This document shows positions 9,233 through 17,990 of a DNA stretch of 64,000 bases, in pieces. Numbering within the stretch: position 1 is the stretch's first letter; every line of letters starts with the position of its first letter. Below the pieces are notes generated by a model that saw only the letters and a program-made list of their open reading frames with translations, did not search any database and was not told the origin of the DNA. The translations under genes were made by a program, and so were the position numbers. The DNA comes from Minisyncoccota bacterium (lineage in GTDB: Bacteria > Patescibacteriota > Minisyncoccia > Phycocordibacterales > UBA1006), in NCBI GenBank assembly GCA_036405175.1, contig DASWYC010000002.1:537080-601079 (forward strand). The letters are read 5' to 3'.

Positions 9233-9625
9233 TTACCAAATTTCAAACAAGATTTCACCTCCAACGTGTTCAGCTCGCGCTTGATCACCGGTCATTACAC
9301 CTTTTGGAGTTGAGAGGATCACACGACCATATCCTTCTTTAATAGTTACAATATCTTTCACACCTGCATACAAGCGACGTGAAAGCTTTGAAATACGACG
9401 AACATCGTGAATCTTGTGATTTCCGCGATCATCGTATGCGAGAGTTACCTCAAGAACATCTCCTCCTTTTTTACGAGTTTTCTTCTCGTATGCTGAAATG
9501 TATCCAGCATCAAGGAGTGTCTTCATGATATCTTTCATGAAGTTGGTATAAGGAAGCAAAACAGTACCCTTCTTCGCAACACCTCCGTTCTTGAGCGTGA
9601 TGATTGCATTAGCAATTTTATCCAT
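9233..9625 (-). CDS. rpsH: 30S ribosomal protein S8
   Basis: 130 aa. MDKIANAIITLKNG… and C-terminal …GGEILFEIW are typical of S8. Confidence 0.9.
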   Translation of the reverse strand: MDKIANAIITLKNGGVAKKGTVLLPYTNFMKDIMKTLLDAGYISAYEKKTRKKGGDVLEVTLAYDDRGNHKIHDVRRISKLSRRLYAGVKDIVTIKEGYGRVILSTPKGVMTGDQARAEHVGGEILFEIW

Positions 9626-9648
9626 ACGCTATTAATTGGTCAGAGAGT

Positions 9649-9834
9649 CTACCATGATGACTTTCGTACTCCTGGAAGCATTCCTTCGTTCGCGAGTTCG
9701 CGGAAACAAATGCGACAAAGATCGAAATCACGCATGTATCCTCTACCACGTCCACAACGGAAGCAACGACTCTTCTGACGAGTAGAGAACTTTGCCTTCT
9801 TAAGAGAACGTACAAATACTGACGTTTTTGCCAT
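9649..9834 (-). CDS. rpsZ: 30S ribosomal protein S14 type Z (zinc-binding)
   Basis: 61 aa. CxxC…CxxC ([10 protein letters not shown]…CRICFRE) zinc ribbon characteristic of S14 type Z. Confidence 0.85.
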   Translation of the reverse strand: MAKTSVFVRSLKKAKFSTRQKSRCFRCGRGRGYMRDFDLCRICFRELANEGMLPGVRKSSW

Positions 9835-10042
9835 AATTATATATAAAGCGACCGCACCCCTACTGTGCGTAGTGGCGCATTAATTGATAACAGAGACGAT
9901 ATCTTCGTGATAATTGAGAACTATTCAAGTGTTTCTGCGTGAAATCTTGAGTGAGTTTTCATGTGCCACGGATCCTTCTCTAGGGAAAATACTAACAAAT
10001 TTAAGTGGTTTTGTCAAAAAGTTAGTCATGAGCCAACTTCTC

Positions 10043-10167
10043 AACCCTAGCCATGAGAGCAGTCGCGGAAACTGCCGATAGGGAGCGCTGTTGCGTAGCT
10101 TCGGCGCGACCATATCGGACAGTTGAGCGGAGGGCCGGTAGAGCCCGCTGCGATCATGGCCAGGGTT
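10043..10167. repeat. Structured repeat element copy B (long subtype, most diverged), between the rpsZ start and the divergent dsbA-like gene
   Basis: Core is homologous to copies A and E, with compensating changes (ccgata…tatcgg versus ctgata…tatcag). Flanked by near-perfect inverted repeat aaccctagccatga / tcatggccagggtt. Confidence 0.8.
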
Positions 10168-10193
10168 AAATTTGCTCATGATATACTTTCCTC

Positions 10194-10922
10194 ATGAAAG
10201 CACATCATAAGGAAAATACGATTTATACCACCATTTTAATAATAGTCCTTGGAATTATCGCTGTTTTTGCAGTTTCAGCATCAAAAACCCTTGATAGTAT
10301 TAATACCCCCCGAATTGGTAATTGGAGCCTCCTACCGCAGGTTATCAATGTGCCACTTTCAAAGGTTGGCGTGCGCGAAAAAGACCTTGCTCCATGTCTT
10401 GATAATCCAGAAACTCAACAAATTATTGCTCGCGATGCTGAAGAGGCTGGCCCTACCGGAACACCTCTCTTCTATATTTTCTCAAAGGATCACACTTATC
10501 GTATGGTTGGAGCAATTCCTGCAGCCATGCTCACTCAAATGATTGACACCCTTCAAGCTGGTCGTCCTATTGCTACCCCAGCAGAAGCCGAAGGTAATTT
10601 TCAAGAAATTTCTGCCGATGCTCCAGAAATGGCATATCTCAATCTTCGCCCTACCGATGCGCGCTTAAATGCAACACTTACAAACCCATCAGTAACAATC
10701 ATTGAGTACGGCGATCTTTCATGCCCTGCATGTAAATATGCGCACCAAGAACTCAAAAAGGCTCTTTCAAAAGAAACTACTGTGCAGTATATATATCGCC
10801 ATCACCCACTTACCAGCATTCACCCTGACGCACAAAAGCAAGCAGAAGTTGCCGTATGTGTGCAGCAACTTAAAGGATACAAGGCATTCTGGGACTTTGT
10901 AGATTACACCTACAAACAATAA
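10194..10922 (+). CDS. Membrane-anchored DsbA-like thiol:disulfide oxidoreductase with apparently permuted motif order
   Basis: N-terminal TM helix. The C-terminal half has …VTIIEYGDLSCPACKYAH…HHPL…FWDFVDY (the DsbA CxxC N-subdomain). The N-terminal half has …CLDNPETQQI…GPTGTPLFYIF… (normally the C-terminal DsbA subdomain). Confidence 0.65.
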   Translation: MKAHHKENTIYTTILIIVLGIIAVFAVSASKTLDSINTPRIGNWSLLPQVINVPLSKVGVREKDLAPCLDNPETQQIIARDAEEAGPTGTPLFYIFSKDHTYRMVGAIPAAMLTQMIDTLQAGRPIATPAEAEGNFQEISADAPEMAYLNLRPTDARLNATLTNPSVTIIEYGDLSCPACKYAHQELKKALSKETTVQYIYRHHPLTSIHPDAQKQAEVAVCVQQLKGYKAFWDFVDYTYKQ

Positions 10923-10926
10923 TCAC

Positions 10927-10957
10927 TAAAAAATCCCTCACTAGTGAGGGATTTTTT
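10927..10957. terminator. Bidirectional rho-independent terminator aaaaaatccctc-actagt-gagggatttttt
   Basis: Perfect 12-bp stem flanked by A and T runs. Lies downstream of both the dsbA-like gene (+) and rplE (-). Confidence 0.75.
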
Positions 10958-10973
10958 AGTGTGTCTGCAAATA

Positions 10974-11540
10974 TTATTTCTTCTTTGACTCCTCTTCTTT
11001 TTTGAATGGGAATCCAAGATAGGTAAAGAAGTCAGTTGCTTCCTTCTTGTTCTTTGCGGTTGAAACAACCGTAATAGACATTCCAAAAACATTTACCAAA
11101 TCTTCTTCAACAGTTTCTGGGAATACGTTGTGCTCTTTGAGTCCAACGGTAAGATTTCCCATTTTATCAACCGTAGTTTTTGAGATTCCACGGAAGTCTT
11201 TGGTGCGAGGGAATGCAATGTGTACCAACTTATCAAAGAAAGCATACATCTTATCTCCGCGAAGTGTTACTGCATATCCAACGGTGTCTCCTTGGCGGAG
11301 TTTGAAACCTGCGATAGACATACGTGCTGAACGCTTGGTAGGTTTCTGTCCGGTGATCCTTGCAATACGATCTTCAACGATTGCTTGAATCTGAGGATAG
11401 GTTCGCGCGCGGCGTCCTGTTCCTACATTCAATACAATCTTTACGAGCTTAGGTGCCTGCATCTTATTTTTATACCCTTGTGATTCTTTAAGAGCATCAT
11501 ATGCATCGGCTACTTTTTGTTTCGTTTGTGTAATACTCAT
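10974..11540 (-). CDS. rplE: 50S ribosomal protein L5
   Basis: 188 aa. …LNVGTGRRARTYP… and order L24-L5. C-terminal Lys/Glu-rich tail. Confidence 0.9.
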   Translation of the reverse strand: MSITQTKQKVADAYDALKESQGYKNKMQAPKLVKIVLNVGTGRRARTYPQIQAIVEDRIARITGQKPTKRSARMSIAGFKLRQGDTVGYAVTLRGDKMYAFFDKLVHIAFPRTKDFRGISKTTVDKMGNLTVGLKEHNVFPETVEEDLVNVFGMSITVVSTAKNKKEATDFFTYLGFPFKKEEESKKK

Positions 11541-11544
11541 AGGC

Positions 11545-11850
11545 TTACTTGATTTCAGCTCCAGACTTAGCTACGCGAGTTTTCTTTCCGTCTTTTACTA
11601 CGGTTTTAACACGAGTAGGCTTATCAGTCTTAGGATCCTTAATCATAACATTAGAAACATGGAGTGAACCTTCAACCTTTTTGAGTTCACCTTTTTCTCC
11701 TTCGGTGCGAGACTTTACGCTTTTAGTTTTGAGATTAATCCCAGAAACTACTACGCGCTCATTTACTCGATCTACCTTGGTCACCATTCCGCTCTTTCCT
11801 TTTTCTGATCCTGCAGTTACTACTACAGTATCTCCTTTTTTGATCTTCAT
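11545..11850 (-). CDS. rplX: 50S ribosomal protein L24
   Basis: MKIKKGDTVVVTAGSEKGKSG… is the KOW motif typical of L24. Confidence 0.9.
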   Translation of the reverse strand: MKIKKGDTVVVTAGSEKGKSGMVTKVDRVNERVVVSGINLKTKSVKSRTEGEKGELKKVEGSLHVSNVMIKDPKTDKPTRVKTVVKDGKKTRVAKSGAEIK

Positions 11851-11869
11851 ATAATTCTTTTACAATTAT

Positions 11870-12238
11870 TTAGAGAACCTCAGGAGCCAATGACGCAATT
11901 TTTTGGAAACCACGTTCTTGAACTTCGCGAGGAATAGGACCGAAGATGCGACCACCGATTGGCTCATTCTTCTTATCAATAATTACGACTGCGTTTTCAT
12001 CAAAACGAATGTATGATCCATCCGCGCGACGATACGCATTTTTTTGGCGTACAATTACTCCTCGTGTAACTTGTTTTTTCTTTACGGTCTTACGAGGTTC
12101 TGCCTTTTTAATAGAAAGCACAACGATATCTCCGAGTCCGGCGTAACGGCGCTTAGATCCACCAAGGATCTTGAACACCTTTCCTTCCTTTGCTCCAGAG
12201 TTATCGGCAATTGCAACGTTTGTTCCAGCTTGAATCAT
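11870..12238 (-). CDS. rplN: 50S ribosomal protein L14
   Basis: [17 protein letters not shown]… is the canonical L14 N-terminus. 122 aa. Confidence 0.9.
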   Translation of the reverse strand: MIQAGTNVAIADNSGAKEGKVFKILGGSKRRYAGLGDIVVLSIKKAEPRKTVKKKQVTRGVIVRQKNAYRRADGSYIRFDENAVVIIDKKNEPIGGRIFGPIPREVQERGFQKIASLAPEVL

Positions 12239-12241
12239 AGG

Positions 12242-12487
12242 CTATGCTTTTGCAATTACTACAAATGACTTATCTTTAGAAATTGGCTTTGATTCCTGAA
12301 TAGAAACCGCGTCGCCAACTGCGTATTCATTTGCTTCATCATGCGCTTTATACTTCTTCGACTTCTTGAAGTATTTCTTGTACTTAGGGTGTTTAACGAA
12401 TCGCTCAACGAGAACAACTACCGTCTTATCCATTTTATCAGACACCACGGTGCCTTTAAGGATTCGTTTTCCGAGTGTTGTAGTCAT
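12242..12487 (-). CDS. rpsQ: 30S ribosomal protein S17
   Basis: 81 aa. …[28 protein letters not shown]… is S17-like. Confidence 0.9.
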   Translation of the reverse strand: MTTTLGKRILKGTVVSDKMDKTVVVLVERFVKHPKYKKYFKKSKKYKAHDEANEYAVGDAVSIQESKPISKDKSFVVIAKA

Positions 12488-12490
12488 ATA

Positions 12491-12649
12491 TTAATTTTTC
12501 ACTGACAACGAACGGGCAATAGATTTCTTGAGGGCACGCATTTGATTTGCTTTTGTCTGAGCATCAACAAACCCTACGCGCAATTTTGCCAACTCAATTT
12601 TCTTTGCGTTCATTTCGTCTTTGGTGAATTTTACAATTTCTTTCTTCAT
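12491..12649 (-). CDS. rpmC: 50S ribosomal protein L29 (start at MKKEIVKFT)
   Basis: Short helical protein …EMNAKKIELAKLR… between rplP and rpsQ. Confidence 0.8.
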   Translation of the reverse strand: MKKEIVKFTKDEMNAKKIELAKLRVGFVDAQTKANQMRALKKSIARSLSVKN

Positions 12650-12653
12650 ACGA

Positions 12654-13079
12654 TTACATGTCAAGTGATGACACAATCTTTACGGTTACTGGAAGTTTAG
12701 TTCCAGCCTTACGAAGTGCCTCCCGAGCGACCGCAGGAGTTGCGTTTGCTACCTCAAAAAGGATGCGTCCCGGAAGTACTTCAAAACAGTATCCTTCTGG
12801 GTTTCCCTTACCCTTTCCCATTCCTACCTGGTCGGCTTTCTTGGTAATTGGACGATCTGGGAATACGCGAATCCAGTAACGACCCGTCTTTCCAATCGTT
12901 CGAGAAACAACTTTACGAGCTGACTCGATTTGATTTGAACGGATACGTGCTGATGAGGTTGCTTTAAGACCGAATGTTCCAAACTGAAGATCTACTCCGC
13001 GAGTATCAACCACATCTTTTGAAAGGTTGCGACGCGCTGTTTGCCATCGGCGATGTTTAACTTTTTTAGGAAACAACAT
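12654..13079 (-). CDS. rplP: 50S ribosomal protein L16
   Basis: MLFPKKVKHRRWQ…GRYWIRVFPD… is typical of L16. 141 aa. Confidence 0.9.
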   Translation of the reverse strand: MLFPKKVKHRRWQTARRNLSKDVVDTRGVDLQFGTFGLKATSSARIRSNQIESARKVVSRTIGKTGRYWIRVFPDRPITKKADQVGMGKGKGNPEGYCFEVLPGRILFEVANATPAVAREALRKAGTKLPVTVKIVSSLDM

Positions 13080-13084
13080 ACAGA

Positions 13085-13777
13085 TTATGCATTCTTGTTA
13101 GCAGGTGTTTGCTGAGGTGCCTGTGTAAGTGAATCACCTTTGTAGATCCAAACCTTGATTCCAATTACTCCGTAACTCATATTTGCACGCTCACGAGCGA
13201 AATCAATATCAGCACGAATAAATTGAAGTGGGATTGAGCCTTTGTGAATTTCTTCAACACGAGACATATCTGCTCCACCAAGTCGACCAGAAAGAACAAT
13301 GCGAACTCCCTTAACTCCACGCGCTTGCATAACCTTTTCGGCCATTTGCTTCATTACGCGACGGAAGGTCATGCGCTTTTCAAGCATTTCAGCAATAGTT
13401 TGTCCAACGATTGCAGCATCAGCTTCTGGATTTTGTACTTCAACAATGTCGAGTACGATTTCCTTAGCTTCAGGGAGCTTTTGCTTGCGAATAAAGGTTG
13501 CAATGTCCTGACGGATCTTTTGGATTCCATCTCCACCGCGACCAATAATTGCACCGGGCTTACCGGTTTTGATAATAAGTTTAGTTTGCTTTTGAGAACG
13601 TTCAAACTCAAGTGACGCAACTTGCATACCCTTCATTCTCTTTTGGAGGAATTGGCGTACAAGTACATCGATTTTGAGAAGTTTGGTGTACTCTTTGCGA
13701 TCTTGTCCAAACCAGCGTGACTTCCAGTCACGGAGTTCTACAAGACGATGAGCATAAGGATGAACAGAATGTGACAT
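13085..13777 (-). CDS. rpsC: 30S ribosomal protein S3
   Basis: KH domain and …GAIIGRGG…GVKGVRIVLSGRLGGADMSR… typical of S3. 230 aa. Confidence 0.9.
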   Translation of the reverse strand: MSHSVHPYAHRLVELRDWKSRWFGQDRKEYTKLLKIDVLVRQFLQKRMKGMQVASLEFERSQKQTKLIIKTGKPGAIIGRGGDGIQKIRQDIATFIRKQKLPEAKEIVLDIVEVQNPEADAAIVGQTIAEMLEKRMTFRRVMKQMAEKVMQARGVKGVRIVLSGRLGGADMSRVEEIHKGSIPLQFIRADIDFARERANMSYGVIGIKVWIYKGDSLTQAPQQTPANKNA

Positions 13778-13781
13778 ACAA

Positions 13782-14111
13782 TTATTCCTTAATTCCTAGC
13801 TCAAGGTTAACTTGAGAGGTTCTCTTGTTAATACGAGCTCCACGACCGAATGCACGTGCTCGGAATCGTTTAAGGGTTGGACCCTTATCAACGGTTACTG
13901 ATTTTACAAAAAGCTGATCAGTTGAAGCTTTAAAGTTATGAGAAGCATTTGCAACAGCAGAATCAAGGAGCTTTTCGAGTGGAAGAGCTGAACGCTTGAT
14001 TACTTGGTGCAACACTACTTTTGCTTGCGCCACAGATTTTCCTCTGATTGCATCAGCTACGATGCGCACTTTGCGAGGAGATTGGCGATAGTTAGTAAGA
14101 GACGCTTTCAT
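13782..14111 (-). CDS. rplV: 50S ribosomal protein L22
   Basis: 109 aa. …RQSPRKVRIVADAIRGK… is L22-like. Confidence 0.9.
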   Translation of the reverse strand: MKASLTNYRQSPRKVRIVADAIRGKSVAQAKVVLHQVIKRSALPLEKLLDSAVANASHNFKASTDQLFVKSVTVDKGPTLKRFRARAFGRGARINKRTSQVNLELGIKE

Positions 14112-14113
14112 AC

Positions 14114-14470
14114 TTATTTCTTAGCAGGCGCTTTTGCGGTGCTGGTAGTTGCCTTAGCAGCTTTTGCGGCTGCGATTTCAGCATCTTTTCTCTTTTGATC
14201 AAGTTCCTTTTGCATCTTTCCTCCGTGACGGCTGAACGTACGTGTTGGTGAGAATTCACCAAGACGGTGTCCAATCATGTCTTCGGTAACAAGCACATTG
14301 ATGTGCTTCTTACCATTGTGAACGGCAAAGGTGAACCCAACCATCTCAGGAGAAATCTGAGAGGCGCGCGCCCAAGTTTTGATGGGTGCGGTATCTGCTG
14401 CTTTGCGACCCTCAACTTTCTTGAGAAGACGCTCATCAACATACGGACCTTTCTTTGTTGATCGTGACAT
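14114..14470 (-). CDS. rpsS: 30S ribosomal protein S19 with Lys/Ala-rich C-terminal tail
   Basis: [19 protein letters not shown]…[13 protein letters not shown] is canonical S19. Extra ~25-aa [16 protein letters not shown] tail. Confidence 0.9.
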   Translation of the reverse strand: MSRSTKKGPYVDERLLKKVEGRKAADTAPIKTWARASQISPEMVGFTFAVHNGKKHINVLVTEDMIGHRLGEFSPTRTFSRHGGKMQKELDQKRKDAEIAAAKAAKATTSTAKAPAKK

Positions 14471-14687
14471 ATTTTAAGTGATAGCTTTGTGGCTGCGAGT
14501 GTAAAAGAAACGCAGAAAACTATCAAAACAAGAGACAGCTACTGTGATGCGAGTGAGAGCTCGCCAGCAGTGTCTAAAAATTAATAATATTTGCCAGAGA
14601 CACACTCTTTTTAGGCTTACAGGAGTAAGCTATTTGGCTTATGAATAATAGCGAATTTTTAGGAAATAGTCAAATTTAGTAATAGAA

Positions 14688-14716
14688 AAACCCATCTAAA
14701 ATTAGATGGGAGTTCC
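14688..14716 (-). terminator. Terminator hairpin aaaaacccatctaaaattagatgggagtt downstream of the 224-aa membrane-protein gene
   Basis: 8-bp stem cccatcta/tagatggg. Sits between gene end 14740 and the rpsS promoter region. Confidence 0.5.
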
Positions 14717-14739
14717 AATTGTAAAAACGTTCTTCTCTT

Positions 14740-15414
14740 TTACGGTTGAATGAGCACTGGTAGCTGATTTTTTAGAAGCTCTAAGTGAAACTTCAATAGC
14801 CCACCGGCGTTCAAATTATTAATGAAATACCAAACAGACATCCTACTGCCAGAGTTGGGAGTCGGCATCATGCCGCTATCTTCCTTCTCAAATTTTTCCC
14901 GGTTACGAAGCCAGAAACCTGCGGATTCTGTCATGTCTTTAATCCTTCCAAGAAAGATATTATCCAGTGTTACCTCTTGCCCAGGCTGTGTGCGATTCAT
15001 GCCGTTTCTCCCAGCATACTTTATTACGCAATCTACTTCTTTTAAAGCCGCAATTATAGGAGCGATGCTTTCTTCTGAGCCAGTTGTTTTTATATAGGCA
15101 GTAACTTTATCAACAAAGCCTTTATCTTGCCACTTACTGGCGAATCTACAGAAATGAAGCAGTCTTTGAAGATTATTTCCGCTTTGGTCCTCTTCCAGAG
15201 CTTTTATTGTGGCTTGTGCCTCCTGCACAAATGTCTCCACAAGTTCATATAGCTGCTGTTCTCTTTCTGAGTCTTTGTAGGCATTATTAATGATTACAAG
15301 CATGGCAATAACTATTACCAACAGAACAGGCCCACCCATAGCAATTCCTATTTTTATTAGAACATACATACCAATTAGGAAGAAGGCGATACTTGGTTTT
15401 GAAGGTTTTTTCAT
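14740..15414 (-). CDS. Hypothetical membrane protein (two N-terminal TM helices) occupying the position where rplB is expected upstream of rpsS
   Basis: ORF with hydrophobic N-terminus (IAFFLIGMYVLIKIGIAMGGPVLLVIVIAMLVII). No recognisable domain. Confidence 0.5.
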   Translation of the reverse strand: MKKPSKPSIAFFLIGMYVLIKIGIAMGGPVLLVIVIAMLVIINNAYKDSEREQQLYELVETFVQEAQATIKALEEDQSGNNLQRLLHFCRFASKWQDKGFVDKVTAYIKTTGSEESIAPIIAALKEVDCVIKYAGRNGMNRTQPGQEVTLDNIFLGRIKDMTESAGFWLRNREKFEKEDSGMMPTPNSGSRMSVWYFINNLNAGGLLKFHLELLKNQLPVLIQP

Positions 15415-15522
15415 TGTTTTATAAAATTTGAGGCTTTTTAGGCCGTTTTTTGTGAATATTTGATTGTTAATTTAACAGGTATATTATAACATCTTTAATA
15501 TATTTTGTCAAATTACTACAAT

Positions 15523-16257
15523 TTACTTCAAATTTGCCTTAGTCCATCGATCTTCTTCGTCCTGAGTACTCACTTTTTTAAATTTTGCCAACTTCCCTTT
15601 TACACGCGCTTCGCACTCTGTCCAAGTAGTGTGTTTTTCAAGCTTTCCATCAACAATTGAAAGATACCAACCACCTGCAGATCCAGATTTCTTGGCGGTT
15701 TTTTTTGACGTAGTCTCTGCCTTTACCATAAGCTGCTCAACCGTAAGGGAGTACTTACCGAGTGGTCCTTCATACAGGTCTACATTCTTTCCTTGTGCAT
15801 ATCCTTGAGCAATATCATTTACGCGTTCATTTCCGAGTACACCCACGTGACCATTCACATGAATATACTCAATAGGAAGTTTTTTAAAGAGTTGTAGCTC
15901 ATCATTAAGAGCCATCCAGAGCTCTTTGTTTTTTACAGCCTCACCAGTACTCGTTATCCAATCATTTCTGATCCATCCTTTCATCCAGCTCATTACTCCG
16001 TTGCGAACATATTGAGAGTCTAAATATACATATATATGTACATCCTTATTAATTTTAAGATCACTTAATTTGCGAAGGCCTTCCAAGAGTGCCATCAATT
16101 CAGTTTCGTTATTGGTCGTTCGAGCAAGCTTATCACCAAGTTCATATACTTTTTCTTTTTGCACATCAACCACTAAAGTACCCCATCCCCCAGGACCAGG
16201 ATTTCCTGATGATGCTCCGTCGGTATAGATAATGATTGATTGTTCGCTAGGCTTCAT
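15523..16257 (-). CDS. rnhA: Ribonuclease HI with C-terminal hybrid-binding-domain-like extension
   Basis: RNase H motifs IIIYTDGAS…ETTNNETELMAL…YLDSQYV…HVNGHVG. C-terminal ~80 aa has GWYLSIVDGKLEKHTTWTECEARVKG…, similar to the RNase H1 hybrid-binding domain. Start taken at MKPSEQS, just after the recJ stop. Confidence 0.8.
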   Translation of the reverse strand: MKPSEQSIIIYTDGASSGNPGPGGWGTLVVDVQKEKVYELGDKLARTTNNETELMALLEGLRKLSDLKINKDVHIYVYLDSQYVRNGVMSWMKGWIRNDWITSTGEAVKNKELWMALNDELQLFKKLPIEYIHVNGHVGVLGNERVNDIAQGYAQGKNVDLYEGPLGKYSLTVEQLMVKAETTSKKTAKKSGSAGGWYLSIVDGKLEKHTTWTECEARVKGKLAKFKKVSTQDEEDRWTKANLK

Positions 16258-17899
16258 CATAAGGTATGATATCACGAATAAATAAAACGTACTCGTTACG
16301 GAAACTATCAAACTCTGCACTCCCCACCGCCTGTACGCGCTTTCCTATTTCAATTTTATTCTCGTCACCATAAAACCAAACTCCTCTGAGTGTTTCGGTT
16401 TCACCTTCCAGCGACACTTCATAGTGACTACCGTCTGAACCAAATGATTTAGTGCGCGCAATCGTAAACGGAATTGTTCCAATGAATGGCAACTTAAAGT
16501 CTTGCCCACACGGCTCAATTGCCTTAATTACTTCTACTAACTTTTGAATGTGATGCTTTTTTGCGATAAGAAAATCCACCTCCTCCGTGAGTTCTTCTGA
16601 AACTTTTTGTGACGGAAATGACTCAACTGCTTCAATCCATGGAATAAGATTCTTTTTATCGAGCGCGAATCCACCCGCCTGATGATGTCCTCCATAGGTG
16701 AGTAAATATTGTTTGGTGTATTCAAAAATATCAATCACACTTACTCGTGAGTGAGAGCGACACGATCCGCGCACAACCCCTTCCTCATCTACCGACCACA
16801 CAAACACCGGCACCTCAAACATATCCAAAAGTTTTCCGGCAATAATTCCAACTACTCCTAAATGCCATTTCTTATCTCCGATCACAATAATATTTTTTTG
16901 GAGCAAAACATCTTTTTTCTTTTCTGTCGATCTCACAACTTTTGCAGTTTCAAGTTTGCGTGCTTGGTTGAGTGCCACCAACTTTCGTGCAAGCACATCC
17001 GCATCATCAGAGTTTTTTGCAAGAAATAAATTGATTGCAACATGTGCATGGTCCATACGTGATGCACTGTTAATGAGCGGCACCAACGTGAATGAGATGT
17101 CGCTATATGAAATGTTTTTTATCTTTGCATAAAAAAGAAGTGATGTGAGTCCGATGAGTTTTGTTTTTTGGAGCACGCGCATGCCGTACTGCGCCAAAAT
17201 TCTATTTTGATTTTTGAGCGGCACCTGATCACCAAGTGTTGCAATGCACACCAAGTCAAGAAACCACTTCTCGCATCCTTCAATGAGTTGAGTGTTACCT
17301 CTCTCACGAAGTGTCTGATACAACGCACGACCAAGTTGCCATGCTACGGCTGCGCCACAGATCATGGTGTCACCCGTTCCGAGTTTTGGATTCACAATTG
17401 TGTATGCATCAGGCAGCGTGTCAGCTGGTTCGTGATGATCGGTAACAATCACATCAATTCCTTTCTCTTTCGCGTACGCAACCGTTGCATGTTCCTTGAT
17501 TCCAACATCAACGGTGATGATGAGCGACACCCCATTCTCAATTGCCTCATCAACAGCGCGTGTATGAAATCCGTAGCCTTGAGTGTGACGATTCGGGATC
17601 GCAACATCCGGCTCAATATTGATATCTCTAAAAAATCTCAAAAGTGTTACGGTTGAGCACACACCGTCACAATCATAATCACCGGCAATCATAATGCGCT
17701 CTTTGTGATCGATCGCTTCAATAATACGTGTCACCGCCTTCTCGACACCACCCATCACATATGGTGACTCCAAATCATCATAGGTAAGATCAAGATGTTT
17801 TTTTGCAGGATCAATACTTCGCGTCTTAAGGAGGTGAACAATAATTTCTTCAGGAGTTTGATCGATGATATTCTGTTCTGGAAATTGATACCGCTTCAT
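16247..17899 (-). CDS. recJ: Single-stranded-DNA-specific exonuclease RecJ (DHH/DHHA1)
   Basis: DHH motifs IAGDYDCDGV…, DHHEP, and DHHA1 GGHHQAGG. 550 aa. Confidence 0.85.
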   Translation of the reverse strand: MKRYQFPEQNIIDQTPEEIIVHLLKTRSIDPAKKHLDLTYDDLESPYVMGGVEKAVTRIIEAIDHKERIMIAGDYDCDGVCSTVTLLRFFRDINIEPDVAIPNRHTQGYGFHTRAVDEAIENGVSLIITVDVGIKEHATVAYAKEKGIDVIVTDHHEPADTLPDAYTIVNPKLGTGDTMICGAAVAWQLGRALYQTLRERGNTQLIEGCEKWFLDLVCIATLGDQVPLKNQNRILAQYGMRVLQKTKLIGLTSLLFYAKIKNISYSDISFTLVPLINSASRMDHAHVAINLFLAKNSDDADVLARKLVALNQARKLETAKVVRSTEKKKDVLLQKNIIVIGDKKWHLGVVGIIAGKLLDMFEVPVFVWSVDEEGVVRGSCRSHSRVSVIDIFEYTKQYLLTYGGHHQAGGFALDKKNLIPWIEAVESFPSQKVSEELTEEVDFLIAKKHHIQKLVEVIKAIEPCGQDFKLPFIGTIPFTIARTKSFGSDGSHYEVSLEGETETLRGVWFYGDENKIEIGKRVQAVGSAEFDSFRNEYVLFIRDIIPYDEA

Positions 17900-17990
17900 G
17901 GTTCAAGTATACCTGTGTTCATCCTGATTTTCCTTGACTCAATGACTAACAATTTTGTTATGAACATCTCTGGGAGTATTATAGAAATAT

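Noticed and set aside
9925-10179. 84-aa minus-strand ORF in the six-frame track
   Set aside because: It lies entirely over repeat copy B (GC-rich, structured) and has no coding features. Judged an artefact of the repeat sequence.
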